A stretch of DNA of 64,000 nucleotides. It comes from an uncultured delta proteobacterium. Lineage in GTDB: Bacteria; Desulfobacterota; Syntrophia; Syntrophales; UBA2185. The translations under genes and the position numbers were made by a program. This document shows positions 52,548 through 61,795 of the stretch, one piece after another (position 1 is the stretch's first letter; each line of letters starts with the position of its first letter). The notes beneath the pieces were generated by a model. The model was not told the DNA's origin, ran no database searches, and was given only the letters and a program-made list of their open reading frames with translations. Location: assembly GCA_963695875.1 (NCBI GenBank), contig CAVOID010000005.1, positions 128,001 to 192,000 on the forward strand, given 5' to 3'.

Positions 52548-53498
52548 ATGATTCAAGCTTTTGCCGACTGGCTCACCTATAACGTATTCAAGATGACCGC
52601 TGGCGCCCATCTTACCGACGCTGTCAATTTCTTCGTCTATGACACCATCAAGATCATCCTGATGCTGACGGTGATCATCTATATTGTGTCCATTATCAGG
52701 AGCTTTTTTCCACCGGAGAAGGTGAAGAACGTCCTGGCCAGAAAGTCGGAATTTGTGGGAAACATTCTGGCGTCCATGCTGGGAATTGTCACTCCTTTTT
52801 GCTCCTGTTCAGCAGTACCGGTTTTCATCGGTTTCCTGGAGGCGGGCGTCCCCCTGGGTGTAACGCTATCATTTCTGATCGCCTCGCCGATGATCAATGA
52901 AGTAGCCTTGGTACTACTCTGGGGCCTCTTCGGCGCCAAGATTGCCTTGATCTATATAGGGACAGGGATGGCCGTGGCTATCACGGCCGGCTTTATCCTG
53001 GGACGTATCCCCGCCGTGGAAAAGATGGTCGAGGATTACGTCTGGGAGATACGGATGGGGGTGGTGGAAGTGCCGGAACTGACCTGGAAGGACCGCTTCG
53101 AGCAGGCTCGCTTTCACACCCAGGATATCCTGAAGCGGGTCACCCTTTACGTCATCCTGGGCATCGGCGTCGGGGCGCTCATTCACGGTTATGCGCCAAT
53201 TGACTTCGTGGCGAAATATGCCGGGCGGGACAACCCCTTTGCTGTTCCACTGGCCGTCCTGATCGCCATCCCTCTCTATTCAAACGCTGCCGGGACGATC
53301 CCCATCGTTCAGGCTTTGATGGGCAAGGGGATGCCGCTGGGTACCGTACTGGCCTTCATGATGGCCATCACGGCCATTTCTTTCCCGGAAATGGTCATCC
53401 TCAGGAAGGTATTGAAAGTCAAACTGCTGGTGATCTTTACTCTCATTATGACGGTAGCCATCATCTTGGTGGGCTACCTTTTCAATGCAATCATTTAA
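52548..53498 (+). CDS. ArsP/DUF318-family permease
   Basis: TPFCSCSAVP, SPMINE, PLYSNAAG, SFPE. Confidence 0.9.
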   Translation: MIQAFADWLTYNVFKMTAGAHLTDAVNFFVYDTIKIILMLTVIIYIVSIIRSFFPPEKVKNVLARKSEFVGNILASMLGIVTPFCSCSAVPVFIGFLEAGVPLGVTLSFLIASPMINEVALVLLWGLFGAKIALIYIGTGMAVAITAGFILGRIPAVEKMVEDYVWEIRMGVVEVPELTWKDRFEQARFHTQDILKRVTLYVILGIGVGALIHGYAPIDFVAKYAGRDNPFAVPLAVLIAIPLYSNAAGTIPIVQALMGKGMPLGTVLAFMMAITAISFPEMVILRKVLKVKLLVIFTLIMTVAIILVGYLFNAII

Positions 53499-53513
53499 AC
53501 GAGGATGTTATTT

Positions 53514-53747
53514 ATGGAAACTAAAATCTTAGGACCTGGATGTGCCCGGTGCAAACAGGTGGAGAAGATTATCAGAGAAGTACTTACCGAAACCGGCGTG
53601 GAAGCAATTGTTAATAAGGTGAAGGACTTTGAGTAGATAGCTGTCTATGGCCTCTTCGGCACACCGACGGTGGTCATCGACGGAGAAGTCAAGTCCGTGG
53701 GTAAGATTCCAAAGAAGGAAGATATTCTAAAGTGGATCAAGAAATAG
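53514..53747 (+). pseudogene. Second MTH895-like thioredoxin with in-frame TAG at codon 41
   Basis: METKILGPGCARC...KDFE-TAG(53634)-IAVYGLFGTP...KWIKK, colinear with 52185-52418. Confidence 0.85.
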
Positions 53748-53839
53748 GTAAAACCTTATTTACCCGGCAAGCCTCGAAACCCTGTCTCCTCAGGAGCCTA
53801 GAAAAGCATTAGCAAGACACTGCACAAAAGGAGGAAGGT

Positions 53840-53983
53840 ATGTACGAAAAAGTTGTTATTGTTTCGGATCTTTCCGAGGCTACAAGCCATGTAATCAACT
53901 GCGTCCAGGATCTCAAGAAAATGGGAACGAAAGATGTCATTCTTTTCCATGCGCGAGATTTCGCTGATAATGAGGTGGAATAG
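53840..53983 (+). pseudogene. Universal stress protein N-terminal remnant
   Basis: RBS then MYEKVVIVSDLSEAT...VILFH, stop after 47 aa. Confidence 0.6.
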
Positions 53984-53986
53984 CAC

Positions 53987-55036
53987 ATGGCGATAGCAGC
54001 AATGCGGTCGTACTTGGTTCATCATTTTAAGAAATGGTGGGAACTCGAGTGGATGCCCTGGCTTGATTGGATACAGCTTGAGGTTACCTCGCGGTGTAAC
54101 GCTACCTGTACATACTGTCCGAGAACCGTCTATCACTCTCAATGGGAGAGCAGGGATATTTCCCTCGATACCTTCGAGAGGCTTTTACCTGTTTTCACCA
54201 AGACGAAGATGGTGCATCTGCAGGGGTGGGGCGAACCGTTGCTGTATAAGCACTTTTTTGACATCGTCGCCCGTGTAAAAAAAGCAGGATGCGAGGTGGG
54301 TATGACCACAAATGGGATGCTGCTCAACCGCCAAGAAATCAACAGGCTAGTCGCTAGCGGCATCGACCATGTTGCGTTCTCCTTGACCGGTATCGGTGAG
54401 AAGAACGACACCGTCCGAAAAGGGACAGACTTCAGAAAGATACTTCAGGCCATCTCCGATCTCAATGCTGAGAAAAAAGCCCTTCACGTCGAAACCCCGA
54501 TGGTCAACGTGGCTTATCTGCTTCTCCGTTCTCACCTGTCAGACATCGACGATATCGTCCCAATGATTGCGGGACTTGGGATACAACACTTGATCATCAG
54601 TACCCTTGATTTCGTCCCGAGCAAAGACCTCCAGAAGGAGCAACTTATGCCACGGGACGAGAGGGAATACCGCGAAATGAAATCCTTCCTGGATAGACTG
54701 GTGATGGCAGGTAAACAAGCAGGGGTCAGTATCTCTTACCGCCTGGTCTCCCCGGGAAAGAGAAACAGGACCTGCACGGAGAACGCCGAGCGAAGCCTGT
54801 TTGTGTCAGCAGACGGGACTGTCTCGCCGTGTGTATTCATGAATATCCCTGCCTCTGAAGCATTCCATACGGTACGGGGGTGTGAGCATGAATACCGCCA
54901 GCTCACTTTCGGCACAGTGGCCGAGACATCGACGCCGGCCATCTGGTTGAGCAGGCGCTACACTACGTTCAGAGATTCCTTTGATTCGGCGCTTCACCCC
55001 TTCTGTCAGGAATGCCCGAAGCTCTATGAGTCCTGA
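53987..55036 (+). CDS. Radical SAM / SPASM(twitch)-domain protein
   Basis: CNATCTYC, QGWGEP, C...DGTVSPC...CQEC. Confidence 0.9.
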   Translation: MAIAAMRSYLVHHFKKWWELEWMPWLDWIQLEVTSRCNATCTYCPRTVYHSQWESRDISLDTFERLLPVFTKTKMVHLQGWGEPLLYKHFFDIVARVKKAGCEVGMTTNGMLLNRQEINRLVASGIDHVAFSLTGIGEKNDTVRKGTDFRKILQAISDLNAEKKALHVETPMVNVAYLLLRSHLSDIDDIVPMIAGLGIQHLIISTLDFVPSKDLQKEQLMPRDEREYREMKSFLDRLVMAGKQAGVSISYRLVSPGKRNRTCTENAERSLFVSADGTVSPCVFMNIPASEAFHTVRGCEHEYRQLTFGTVAETSTPAIWLSRRYTTFRDSFDSALHPFCQECPKLYES

Positions 55037-55161
55037 GATAGCGATGAAGAAAGGGAAAATAGTTGTGAGTGAAACATGGTGTCCGGCGAACGATCATGAG
55101 AGACAGGCTGATTGAGCATCGGTTTTTTAACGTTCTGAATAATACAGTTGAGGTTTTATCT

Positions 55162-55549
55162 ATGAGTGTAAAACGAGTTTCAGCGATTATCACTGTAATC
55201 CTTTCCATCCTTTTATTCGTCGCTGCGGTTGCGCCATCTTTTTCTGCCGAGTTTAAAAACATCCCCGTAGCAGGGCATGGTGACTATGGTGGACCTGGGA
55301 GCAACTAAATGCATTCCCTGCAAGATGATGGCCCCCATCCTTAAAAAACTGGAAAATCGTTATGCGGGAAAGGCGGCTATTGTTTTCCTGGACGTGTGGG
55401 AAGACCCAAAGCCGGCGTACCACTTTGGAATTCGGATCATACCTACACAGATTTTCTTCAATAAAAGAGGAGAAGAAGTGTATCGCCACGAAGGTTTCAT
55501 GAGCGAGGAGGAGATCGTGGCCATCCTACAGAAATTGGGTGTGACCTGA
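55162..55549 (+). CDS. Exported thioredoxin, +1 frameshift at about 55274
   Basis: Signal peptide in one frame, DLGATKCIPCKMM...IPTQIFF...HEGF in the next. Confidence 0.82.
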
Positions 55550-55554
55550 GGGAG

Positions 55555-56269
55555 ATGAGCATGCTGGAGACGTTTTTTATTACGGTGAATCAATGGCTCA
55601 CAGGGTCACCCCTGCTGGCTTCTGCGGGAAGCTTCCTCTGGGGGATGATCAGCGTCCTGTTCAGCCCCTGCCATCTGGCCTCGATTCCCTTGATCGTCGC
55701 CTATGTAGGGGGACAGGAAGCGGCTCTGAAACCCCGGCAGGCTGCACATTACGCCATCGCTTTTACCCTTGGCCTGTTTATCACCATCGCTGTGATCGGC
55801 ATTGTCTGCGCCTTCCTGGGCCGGATGTTAGGCGACGTCGGGAATTACTGGCAGATACTGGTTGGCCTGATCCTTTTCTGGGTCGCCCTGGGCATGATGG
55901 GGGTTGAAGCATGCTCCGCCTCCGGCAGCCTTCTCTACCGTCTCAACCTGCGGGGGATATGGGGTGCCTTTGGACTGGGTCTGGCTTATGGTGTGCTGTC
56001 CGGCTCCTGCACGTTCGGCTTCATCGCGCCCATTCTTGGCGATCATTACCATTCAGCAGAAAGTGACCATCGGCATCCTTTTCATCACGCTGTTTGCCCT
56101 CGGTCACTGCCTTCCCATCGTGATAGCGGGCAGTTCCACGGCCATGGTGAGAAAACTGATCGAAAATCAGACCTGGCAGGGGGCGGGTTTGTGGTTCCGC
56201 AAAGGCGCCGGGGCACTCATCGCTGTTTTGGGGATCTATTTTATCGGCAATCCTTTTTGGGGAAATTAA
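55555..56269 (+). CDS. CcdA/DsbD-like membrane disulfide transporter, +1 frameshift at about 56038
   Basis: SPCHLASIPL and GSCT..F.APIL; TM segments resume in the shifted frame. Confidence 0.82.
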
Positions 56270-56596
56270 ATGAAAGAAAAGATCATGATCTACGGAACAG
56301 ACACCTGACCCTTCTGCAACCAGGCTCGGGCAGCCTACGGCGACAGGGCCATCTATATCAATGTCAATGAAGACCCGAAGAGACTTGAGGAAATGCTGGT
56401 CTATTCTGGCGGCAAGATGCAGGTACCCGTGATTGTGGAAGGCAACAAGGTCTCTGTCGGTTTCGCCGGGGATATTTCCCTGCGCGGTGGCATCCCCATT
56501 TTCGGAGGCACCTGACCGGTGAAACGGCCCCTCGGTGAGGGGGAAAAAAGCAGAAAAACAAATATATTCAGGAAGGAGGCTTATTTGCATGTTTAA
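56270..56596 (+). CDS. Glutaredoxin-like selenoprotein with UPFC and a C-terminal GGTU (Uxx-star-like); ends at 56515 if the second TGA is a stop
   Basis: MKEKIMIYGTDT-TGA(56306)-PFC...QVPVIVEG..V.VGF...GGT-TGA(56513)-PV; absent from the ORF track. Confidence 0.85.
56322..56336 (+). promoter_or_regulatory. Candidate SECIS hairpin (U13)
   Basis: AGGCT-CGGGC-AGCCT; loop G at +20. Confidence 0.55.
56528..56542 (+). promoter_or_regulatory. Candidate SECIS hairpin (U82)
   Basis: CCCCTC-GGT-GAGGGG; loop G at +19, same loop and spacing as 16369-16387. Confidence 0.7.
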
Positions 56597-57365
56597 ATCC
56601 ATCGGTTTTATCGGGGGCGGAAGGGTTGCCAGGATTATCCTGGGCGGTTTGGAACGGAAGAAGAAGTGGCCCGGCAAGGTGATCGTCAGCGACGCCAATG
56701 CCGATGTTCTGAAAGATCTGCAAAAGCGATTCCCGAAGATTGAGGCGGCAGGTGATGATCCTAAGAAACCCGCTGCCACCGATGTGGTTTTCCTTGCCCT
56801 CCATCCACCGGCGATCATGGGAATTCTCGGCGAAGTGAAATCAAAGCTCCGCCGGGACGCGATTGTCGTTTCCCTGGCCCCGAAAGTATCCATCTCTCAG
56901 ATTTCCGGTGGACTTGACGGATTTTCCCGTATCGTCCGGATGATTCCCAATGCGCCGGCGGTCGTGAATAAAGGATTCAATCCGCTGGCGTTCTCCGCCG
57001 TATTTCCAAAGGACGAGAAGAAAAAACTGCGCACATGGTTCAATGTCCTGGGAGACTGCCCCGAAGTGGCGGAAGAAAAACTGGAAGCCTACGCCGTGAT
57101 CACCGCCATGGGACCGACTTATTTCTGGTTCCAGTTCTATGAACTGGAGGAACTGGGAAAGACCTTCGGTATGACCCCGAAAGAGGCAAAAGAAGGTCTG
57201 GCGAAAATGATGAAGGGCGCTCTCAAGACCATGACCGATTCCGGTTTGTCCCCCAGCGAGGTTATGGATCTGATCCCCGTAAAACCCCTCGGTGAGGAAG
57301 AGGCAAACATCCGGAACATTTATCGCACAAAGCTCCAGGGATTGTACAGCAAACTGAAAGGATAA
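56589..57365 (+). CDS. Pyrroline-5-carboxylate reductase-like NAD(P)-binding protein
   Basis: [26 protein letters not shown]. Confidence 0.8.
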   Translation: MFKSIGFIGGGRVARIILGGLERKKKWPGKVIVSDANADVLKDLQKRFPKIEAAGDDPKKPAATDVVFLALHPPAIMGILGEVKSKLRRDAIVVSLAPKVSISQISGGLDGFSRIVRMIPNAPAVVNKGFNPLAFSAVFPKDEKKKLRTWFNVLGDCPEVAEEKLEAYAVITAMGPTYFWFQFYELEELGKTFGMTPKEAKEGLAKMMKGALKTMTDSGLSPSEVMDLIPVKPLGEEEANIRNIYRTKLQGLYSKLKG

Positions 57366-57385
57366 ATCATAATAAAGGGTGCACC

Positions 57386-57700
57386 ATGAATCCTTCCGAT
57401 CAGGATCCCTACATGATTCTTGGCCTCTCACCGGGTGCAACGGAAAAACGGAGCAAGAAGGCCTATCGCCGTCTTGCTATGAGATTTCATCCGGACAAAA
57501 ACCAGGATGATCCTGAAGCTGAAAAAAAATTCAAAGAAATACAATGGGCATACGAGAGCCTCCGGAGAAACAAAAGGCCTCAGTCTGTTCCACCGGATGC
57601 CGCCCCGCAAGAGCACCCATTATCTGATTCCACAGATCCGTTTTTCAACTTCTTCACGGCTTTGAGATCGCATTACACGAAGAAGAAAGATGGTAAATGA
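57386..57700 (+). CDS. Small J-domain (DnaJ) protein
   Basis: DPYMILG, AYRRLA..FHPDKN, FKEI..AYE. Confidence 0.85.
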   Translation: MNPSDQDPYMILGLSPGATEKRSKKAYRRLAMRFHPDKNQDDPEAEKKFKEIQWAYESLRRNKRPQSVPPDAAPQEHPLSDSTDPFFNFFTALRSHYTKKKDGK

Positions 57701-57765
57701 GGTTCATCGGATGGCTTCCGTGGCTTACACACAAGTAAAAAAGGTAGATCATGTAGGAGTGATAT

Positions 57766-58194
57766 ATGTCTGTGCCGACAGAAAAGAAAAGAGTGCTGTT
57801 CATCTGCACTCATAACGCTGCCCGCTCCCAGATGGCCGAGGGTCTTCTTCGTGCCCTTCACGGGGACCGTTATGAAGTCTTCAGCGCCGGCACGGAACCG
57901 GACAGGGTGAGCCCGTACGCAATCAGGGTGATGGATGAAATCGGAATAGATATCAGTAATCACCGATCCAAGAATGTGACTGAATTCCTGGATCAGAAAT
58001 TCGACTATGTGGTTCCTGTTTGTGATAGTGCGAACGAGTCCTGCCCCTATTTCCCCGGCGGCAAAAAAATCCTTCACCAGAGCTTTGAAGATCCTTCCGC
58101 CCTGACCGGGACAAAAGAGGAAATCACGGCAGGTTTTCGACGCATCCGCGATGAAATCAGGAGCTGGATAGAATATGAATTCATCAAATTGTAA
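57766..58194 (+). CDS. arsC: Arsenate reductase, thioredoxin-coupled LMW-PTPase type
   Basis: FICTHNAARSQMAEG, VCD.A.ESCP, FEDP, FRRIRDEI. Confidence 0.92.
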   Translation: MSVPTEKKRVLFICTHNAARSQMAEGLLRALHGDRYEVFSAGTEPDRVSPYAIRVMDEIGIDISNHRSKNVTEFLDQKFDYVVPVCDSANESCPYFPGGKKILHQSFEDPSALTGTKEEITAGFRRIRDEIRSWIEYEFIKL

Positions 58195-58224
58195 TTGAAA
58201 AAAATAAGCAGAAAGGATGGATAT

Positions 58225-59318
58225 ATGTCAGATGGTATTGTGAAGAGGTTGTCGTTTCTTGATCGGTTTCTGACTATCTGGATTTTTTTGGCGATAGGAG
58301 CGGGAATCGCAATCGGTTTTTTTCTCCCGGGAGTATCAACCTTCATTACCGGCATGCAGGTTGGTACAACATCCATCCCTATTGCTATCGGGCTGATTTT
58401 GATGATGTACCCACCATTGGCCAAGGTGAAGTACGAGGAGATGGGCAAGGTATTCCGTCATAAGCGTCTGCTCTGGCATATCGCTGCTGCAGAACTGGGT
58501 CATCGGACCTCTCCTCATGTTTATTCTGCGCCATCATCTTTCTGCGGGACTACCCGGAGTACATGATAGGCGTCATCCTCGTGGGCCTGGCGCGCTGCAT
58601 CGCCATGGTGATCGTGTGGAACGAACTGGCCGAGGGCGACCGTGAGCTCGCCGTTGGCCTGGTGGCCTTCAATGCAGTCTTCCAGGTTCTCTTCTATGCC
58701 GTATACATTTTTGTATTCATAACCATCGGCCTCAACTATCTTGGCCTGGTCAAGGGGCTGAACGTGAGCATCTCCATCGCAGAGGCTGCCAAGACCGTGT
58801 TCATCTACCTGGGCATCCCGTTTATCGCAGGGGTCGTCACCCGGTTCAGCCTGCTCAGGGCCAAAGGCAAAGAATGGTATGAGAACGTTTTTACTCCGAC
58901 AATCAGCCCGCTGACACTCATTGCCCTTCTCTTCACCATTATCGTCATGTTCTCACTCAAAGGACAATACATCGTACAGCTTCCACTGGATGTTGTTCGC
59001 ATAGCTATTCCGCTTACGATCTACTTCTTCCTTATGTGGTTCTCGACCTTCATCATCGCTTACAAGATCCGGGCAAATTATGCGCAGACCGCCACAGTCT
59101 CCTTTACTGCGGCGAGTAATGACTTCGAGCTGGCCATCGCTGTTGCCGTTGCCATCTTCGGGATCCACTCCGACCAGGCCTTTGCAACGGTCATCGGCCC
59201 CTTGCTGGAGGTGCCCGTGCTCATCAGCTTGGTGAACGTCGCCATGTGGCTGCGAAAGAAGTACTTTCCCCACGCTGTAGAGACAGCGGAAGGGATCTGC
59301 TACCTCAGTTGTAAATGA
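58225..59318 (+). CDS. acr3: Acr3 arsenite efflux pump, two +1 frameshifts (about 58474 and 58529)
   Basis: [25 protein letters not shown] (middle frame), [23 protein letters not shown]. Confidence 0.9.
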
Positions 59319-59395
59319 ATGTTTTTGAAGAAGAGGAAGAAAATGGCAACTTGAATCTTCTTGGTATAGACATTATGAAATGTAAGGCTAAATAG

Positions 59396-59591
59396 GTGAA
59401 GAAACTTCTGATCGTCGAGGAAGCGATGCGGGTATCAGTGCCAGTTCTGAGGGCCAGGGAAATTGATCTGGATATGAATGTGACCGTGTCAGGTATTCGT
59501 TACGGTCATAGGGCATTTGATTGAAGTGCCGGTGCTTATCATGCTCGTGAACGTGGCCCTTAATTTCAAGAAGAAATTCTTTACAGCTTAA
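59396..59591 (+). pseudogene. Fused remnants: FAD oxidoreductase N-terminus and Acr3 C-terminus
   Basis: KKLLIV/GSDAGISA/LRAREID across frames, then VTVIGHLIEVPVLIMLVNVAL.FKKKFF-stop. Confidence 0.65.
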
Positions 59592-59625
59592 AAAATGAAG
59601 TAAAATAATTTATGGAGGAAGTAAG

Positions 59626-60063
59626 ATGGCAAAAATGAAAACAATCGGTATTGAGGCAAAGTTGGATGAAAAGTTTAAGATTGAAGTAAAAGCAGGCGAT
59701 CATGTCATGTATGTCGACCAGACGAAGGCAGGCGGCGGGACTGATGCGGGCGCGACCCCCCTTGAGTATTTTTTCGCGTCTCTTGCAGGCTGCATCGGCA
59801 CAGTATCAAGAATCGTCGCCAATCAGAAGAGAATCAAATTGAACGGCATGGACATAAAAGTCGAAGGTGCATTCGATCTGGAGACGTTGCTGGGCAAGAG
59901 CAAGGAAAACAGAGCCGGGTTTACCGGTATAAAAGTTACTTTAAATATTGACTCGGACATGTCGAAGGAGGAAAAGGAAGCGTTTGTTCATGAAGTGGAG
60001 AGCAGGTGCCCTGTTTCAGATAATATTACCTGCACGACTCCTGTAGTAGTTGAAATCGTTTGA
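59626..60063 (+). CDS. OsmC-family protein
   Basis: GGTDAGATPLE, LAGCI, RCPVSDN. Confidence 0.9.
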   Translation: MAKMKTIGIEAKLDEKFKIEVKAGDHVMYVDQTKAGGGTDAGATPLEYFFASLAGCIGTVSRIVANQKRIKLNGMDIKVEGAFDLETLLGKSKENRAGFTGIKVTLNIDSDMSKEEKEAFVHEVESRCPVSDNITCTTPVVVEIV

Positions 60064-60151
60064 AATTATTCAGGCAATATTGAAGCTCTCCGCAGTAACT
60101 GCGGAGAATCTTCGATCCACAAGGAATAATGATGTTCCCCATTCGCTCGCT

Positions 60152-60172
60152 TACCCCGCAGCAAGCTACGGG
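60152..60172. repeat. Short palindrome CCCCGCAGC-AA-GCTACGGGG
   Basis: Intergenic REP-like inverted repeat. Confidence 0.4.
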
Positions 60173-60211
60173 GAATGCGCTCGCTGCCGGATTCACTAGA
60201 GCGATTTTTCC

Positions 60212-60245
60212 GGCGGTTGGAGGTTTTTCTTCAACCGCCCTTTTT
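60212..60245. terminator. Bidirectional terminator between convergent genes
   Basis: GGCGGTTGGAG...TTCAACCGCC-CTTTTT. Confidence 0.65.
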
Positions 60246-60254
60246 AACTTTCCA

Positions 60255-60890
60255 TCAATCTTCACTCTTGAAACCGGCTTTCATTTCTCCGATCTGGATG
60301 AAAGGGGTTTTCCGGTCGCACGCGAACTCATTGCGCTCGTCGCGGTAGAAGACGCAGGCGGTTTTCAATTCTTCTTTGAGCCTTGTGCGGGCACGGTGCA
60401 ACCGGATCTTGGTCGCCTGAAGACCTAATCCAAGGATGTCGGCGATTTCCGCGTCTTTAAATCCTTCCAGCTCGCTGAGGATAATGACGGATCTGTAGCT
60501 TTCTGGCAGAGTTTCGATTATTTCGCGGATGCAGCCGTTCATTTCCTGACGAATAACCCGCTCCTCGGTGGACGGGGTTCGTTCACCCGTCCAGATTTCT
60601 TTATCTTCTTCACTTTCCTCGATGTCCTCTATGTTCATTTGCTTTTCATATCCGGGAAGACTGGAGGAACGGCGCAGTCTATCCATGGCGACATTTGTCG
60701 CAATCTTATAGACCCAGGTAGACAGCTTAGATTCGCCACGGAATGATTTCAAGGCCCGGCTGATCCTGGCAAACACCTCCTGAGTTAAATCTTCCGCCTC
60801 CCCTTCTCCGACCATGCGTGTCAGGTATCGCAGAATCCTGGGGCGAAAATCGTCGTGGACTTTCTGAAAATCAAATTCACAATCAGCCAT
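60255..60890 (-). CDS. ECF sigma factor with Cys-containing C-terminal extension
   Basis: AEDLTQEVF, STWVYKIA.N, LPESYR, KIRLHRAR, then CVFYRDERNEFACD. Confidence 0.92.
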   Translation of the reverse strand: MADCEFDFQKVHDDFRPRILRYLTRMVGEGEAEDLTQEVFARISRALKSFRGESKLSTWVYKIATNVAMDRLRRSSSLPGYEKQMNIEDIEESEEDKEIWTGERTPSTEERVIRQEMNGCIREIIETLPESYRSVIILSELEGFKDAEIADILGLGLQATKIRLHRARTRLKEELKTACVFYRDERNEFACDRKTPFIQIGEMKAGFKSED

Positions 60891-60927
60891 GTCTATGCTC
60901 TCGTAGCTTATTAAATATCACGTCTGG

Positions 60928-61182
60928 CTATGAACAGCAACTGCACTTCTCTGTTTCCGGAGACTTAAGGGGAAGCCTGTTCCCGATAAGCTTCAAGGCG
61001 AGTTTGTCCATGCTGGATGCAGCCCCCTGCCTGACTCCATTGGCAATATTGACAGCCTCCATAATTTCATCACAGCCAATTCCTGCCTCCAGCGCTTTGC
61101 TAACAGTATATTCCAGGCAGGGGTGACAATTCGCCCCCACTGATGCTCCCACGGCAATCAATTTTTTCACTCGGTCATCCAT
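60928..61182 (-). CDS. Carboxymuconolactone decarboxylase / AhpD-like protein
   Basis: LIAVGASVGANCHPCLEY, EIMEAV; CSCCS tail. Confidence 0.85.
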   Translation of the reverse strand: MDDRVKKLIAVGASVGANCHPCLEYTVSKALEAGIGCDEIMEAVNIANGVRQGAASSMDKLALKLIGNRLPLKSPETEKCSCCS

Positions 61183-61193
61183 GTGCATTTTCC

Positions 61194-61406
61194 TTATCTT
61201 CCTTTTATTTTGCTGAACTCTTCTTTCAGTTCCCTGATTTCTTTTTTCATCTCTTCAAGATCAGTGGGATGGGTGCTGCCCCAACAGCAGAAACGCCCAC
61301 CGGCAAATCTCGATCTGAAAAAGAGGCACATAATTATGCACAATGCTAGAAGGATTATCGGTACCACCCACCACCAGGCCCACACGGGCCACGAGGCAGT
61401 TTCCAT
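61194..61406 (-). CDS. Small membrane protein (TM + coiled coil)
   Basis: Similar to 38948-39163. Confidence 0.65.
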   Translation of the reverse strand: METASWPVWAWWWVVPIILLALCIIMCLFFRSRFAGGRFCCWGSTHPTDLEEMKKEIRELKEEFSKIKGR

Positions 61407-61518
61407 ACCACCAGCACATATCTTTTATTCCTCCTTGTTATTTTCGATCTCATCTTTGCAGTTACAAGTATACATCAACCGCCTGTTTCGATAGTTTCTG
61501 CGCACTTGACAGATGAGA

Positions 61519-61713
61519 TCATTCCATCTTGCTGCCACAGAAAGACTTCATCTTTTCCATCATAGCCTTCTTATCCTCTTCAGACATATCCTTCATGTTA
61601 CTGCATGGGCACATCGCGGTCATCTTCTCAAAACAGGCCTTCATTTTATTCTTATCCTCCTCTGCCATGCTGCTGAAAAACCCTTGCATCATTGGACCAA
61701 ACATCTTTTCCAT
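61519..61713 (-). CDS. Small Met/Cys-rich hypothetical protein
   Basis: RBS AAGGAGG; internal repeat M.EEDK; CPC. Confidence 0.6.
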   Translation of the reverse strand: MEKMFGPMMQGFFSSMAEEDKNKMKACFEKMTAMCPCSNMKDMSEEDKKAMMEKMKSFCGSKME

Positions 61714-61795
61714 TTCGTGCCTCCTTATAATTTACTAACTTATGAACCCTTTTGTCACAAATACGCTCTATACGATCGCCTTTTCCATAAACCGC

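Noticed and set aside
61519..61521. TGA ending the Met-rich microprotein as possible Sec
   Set aside because: No redox motif and no convincing hairpin; a true stop or a one-base deletion explains it.
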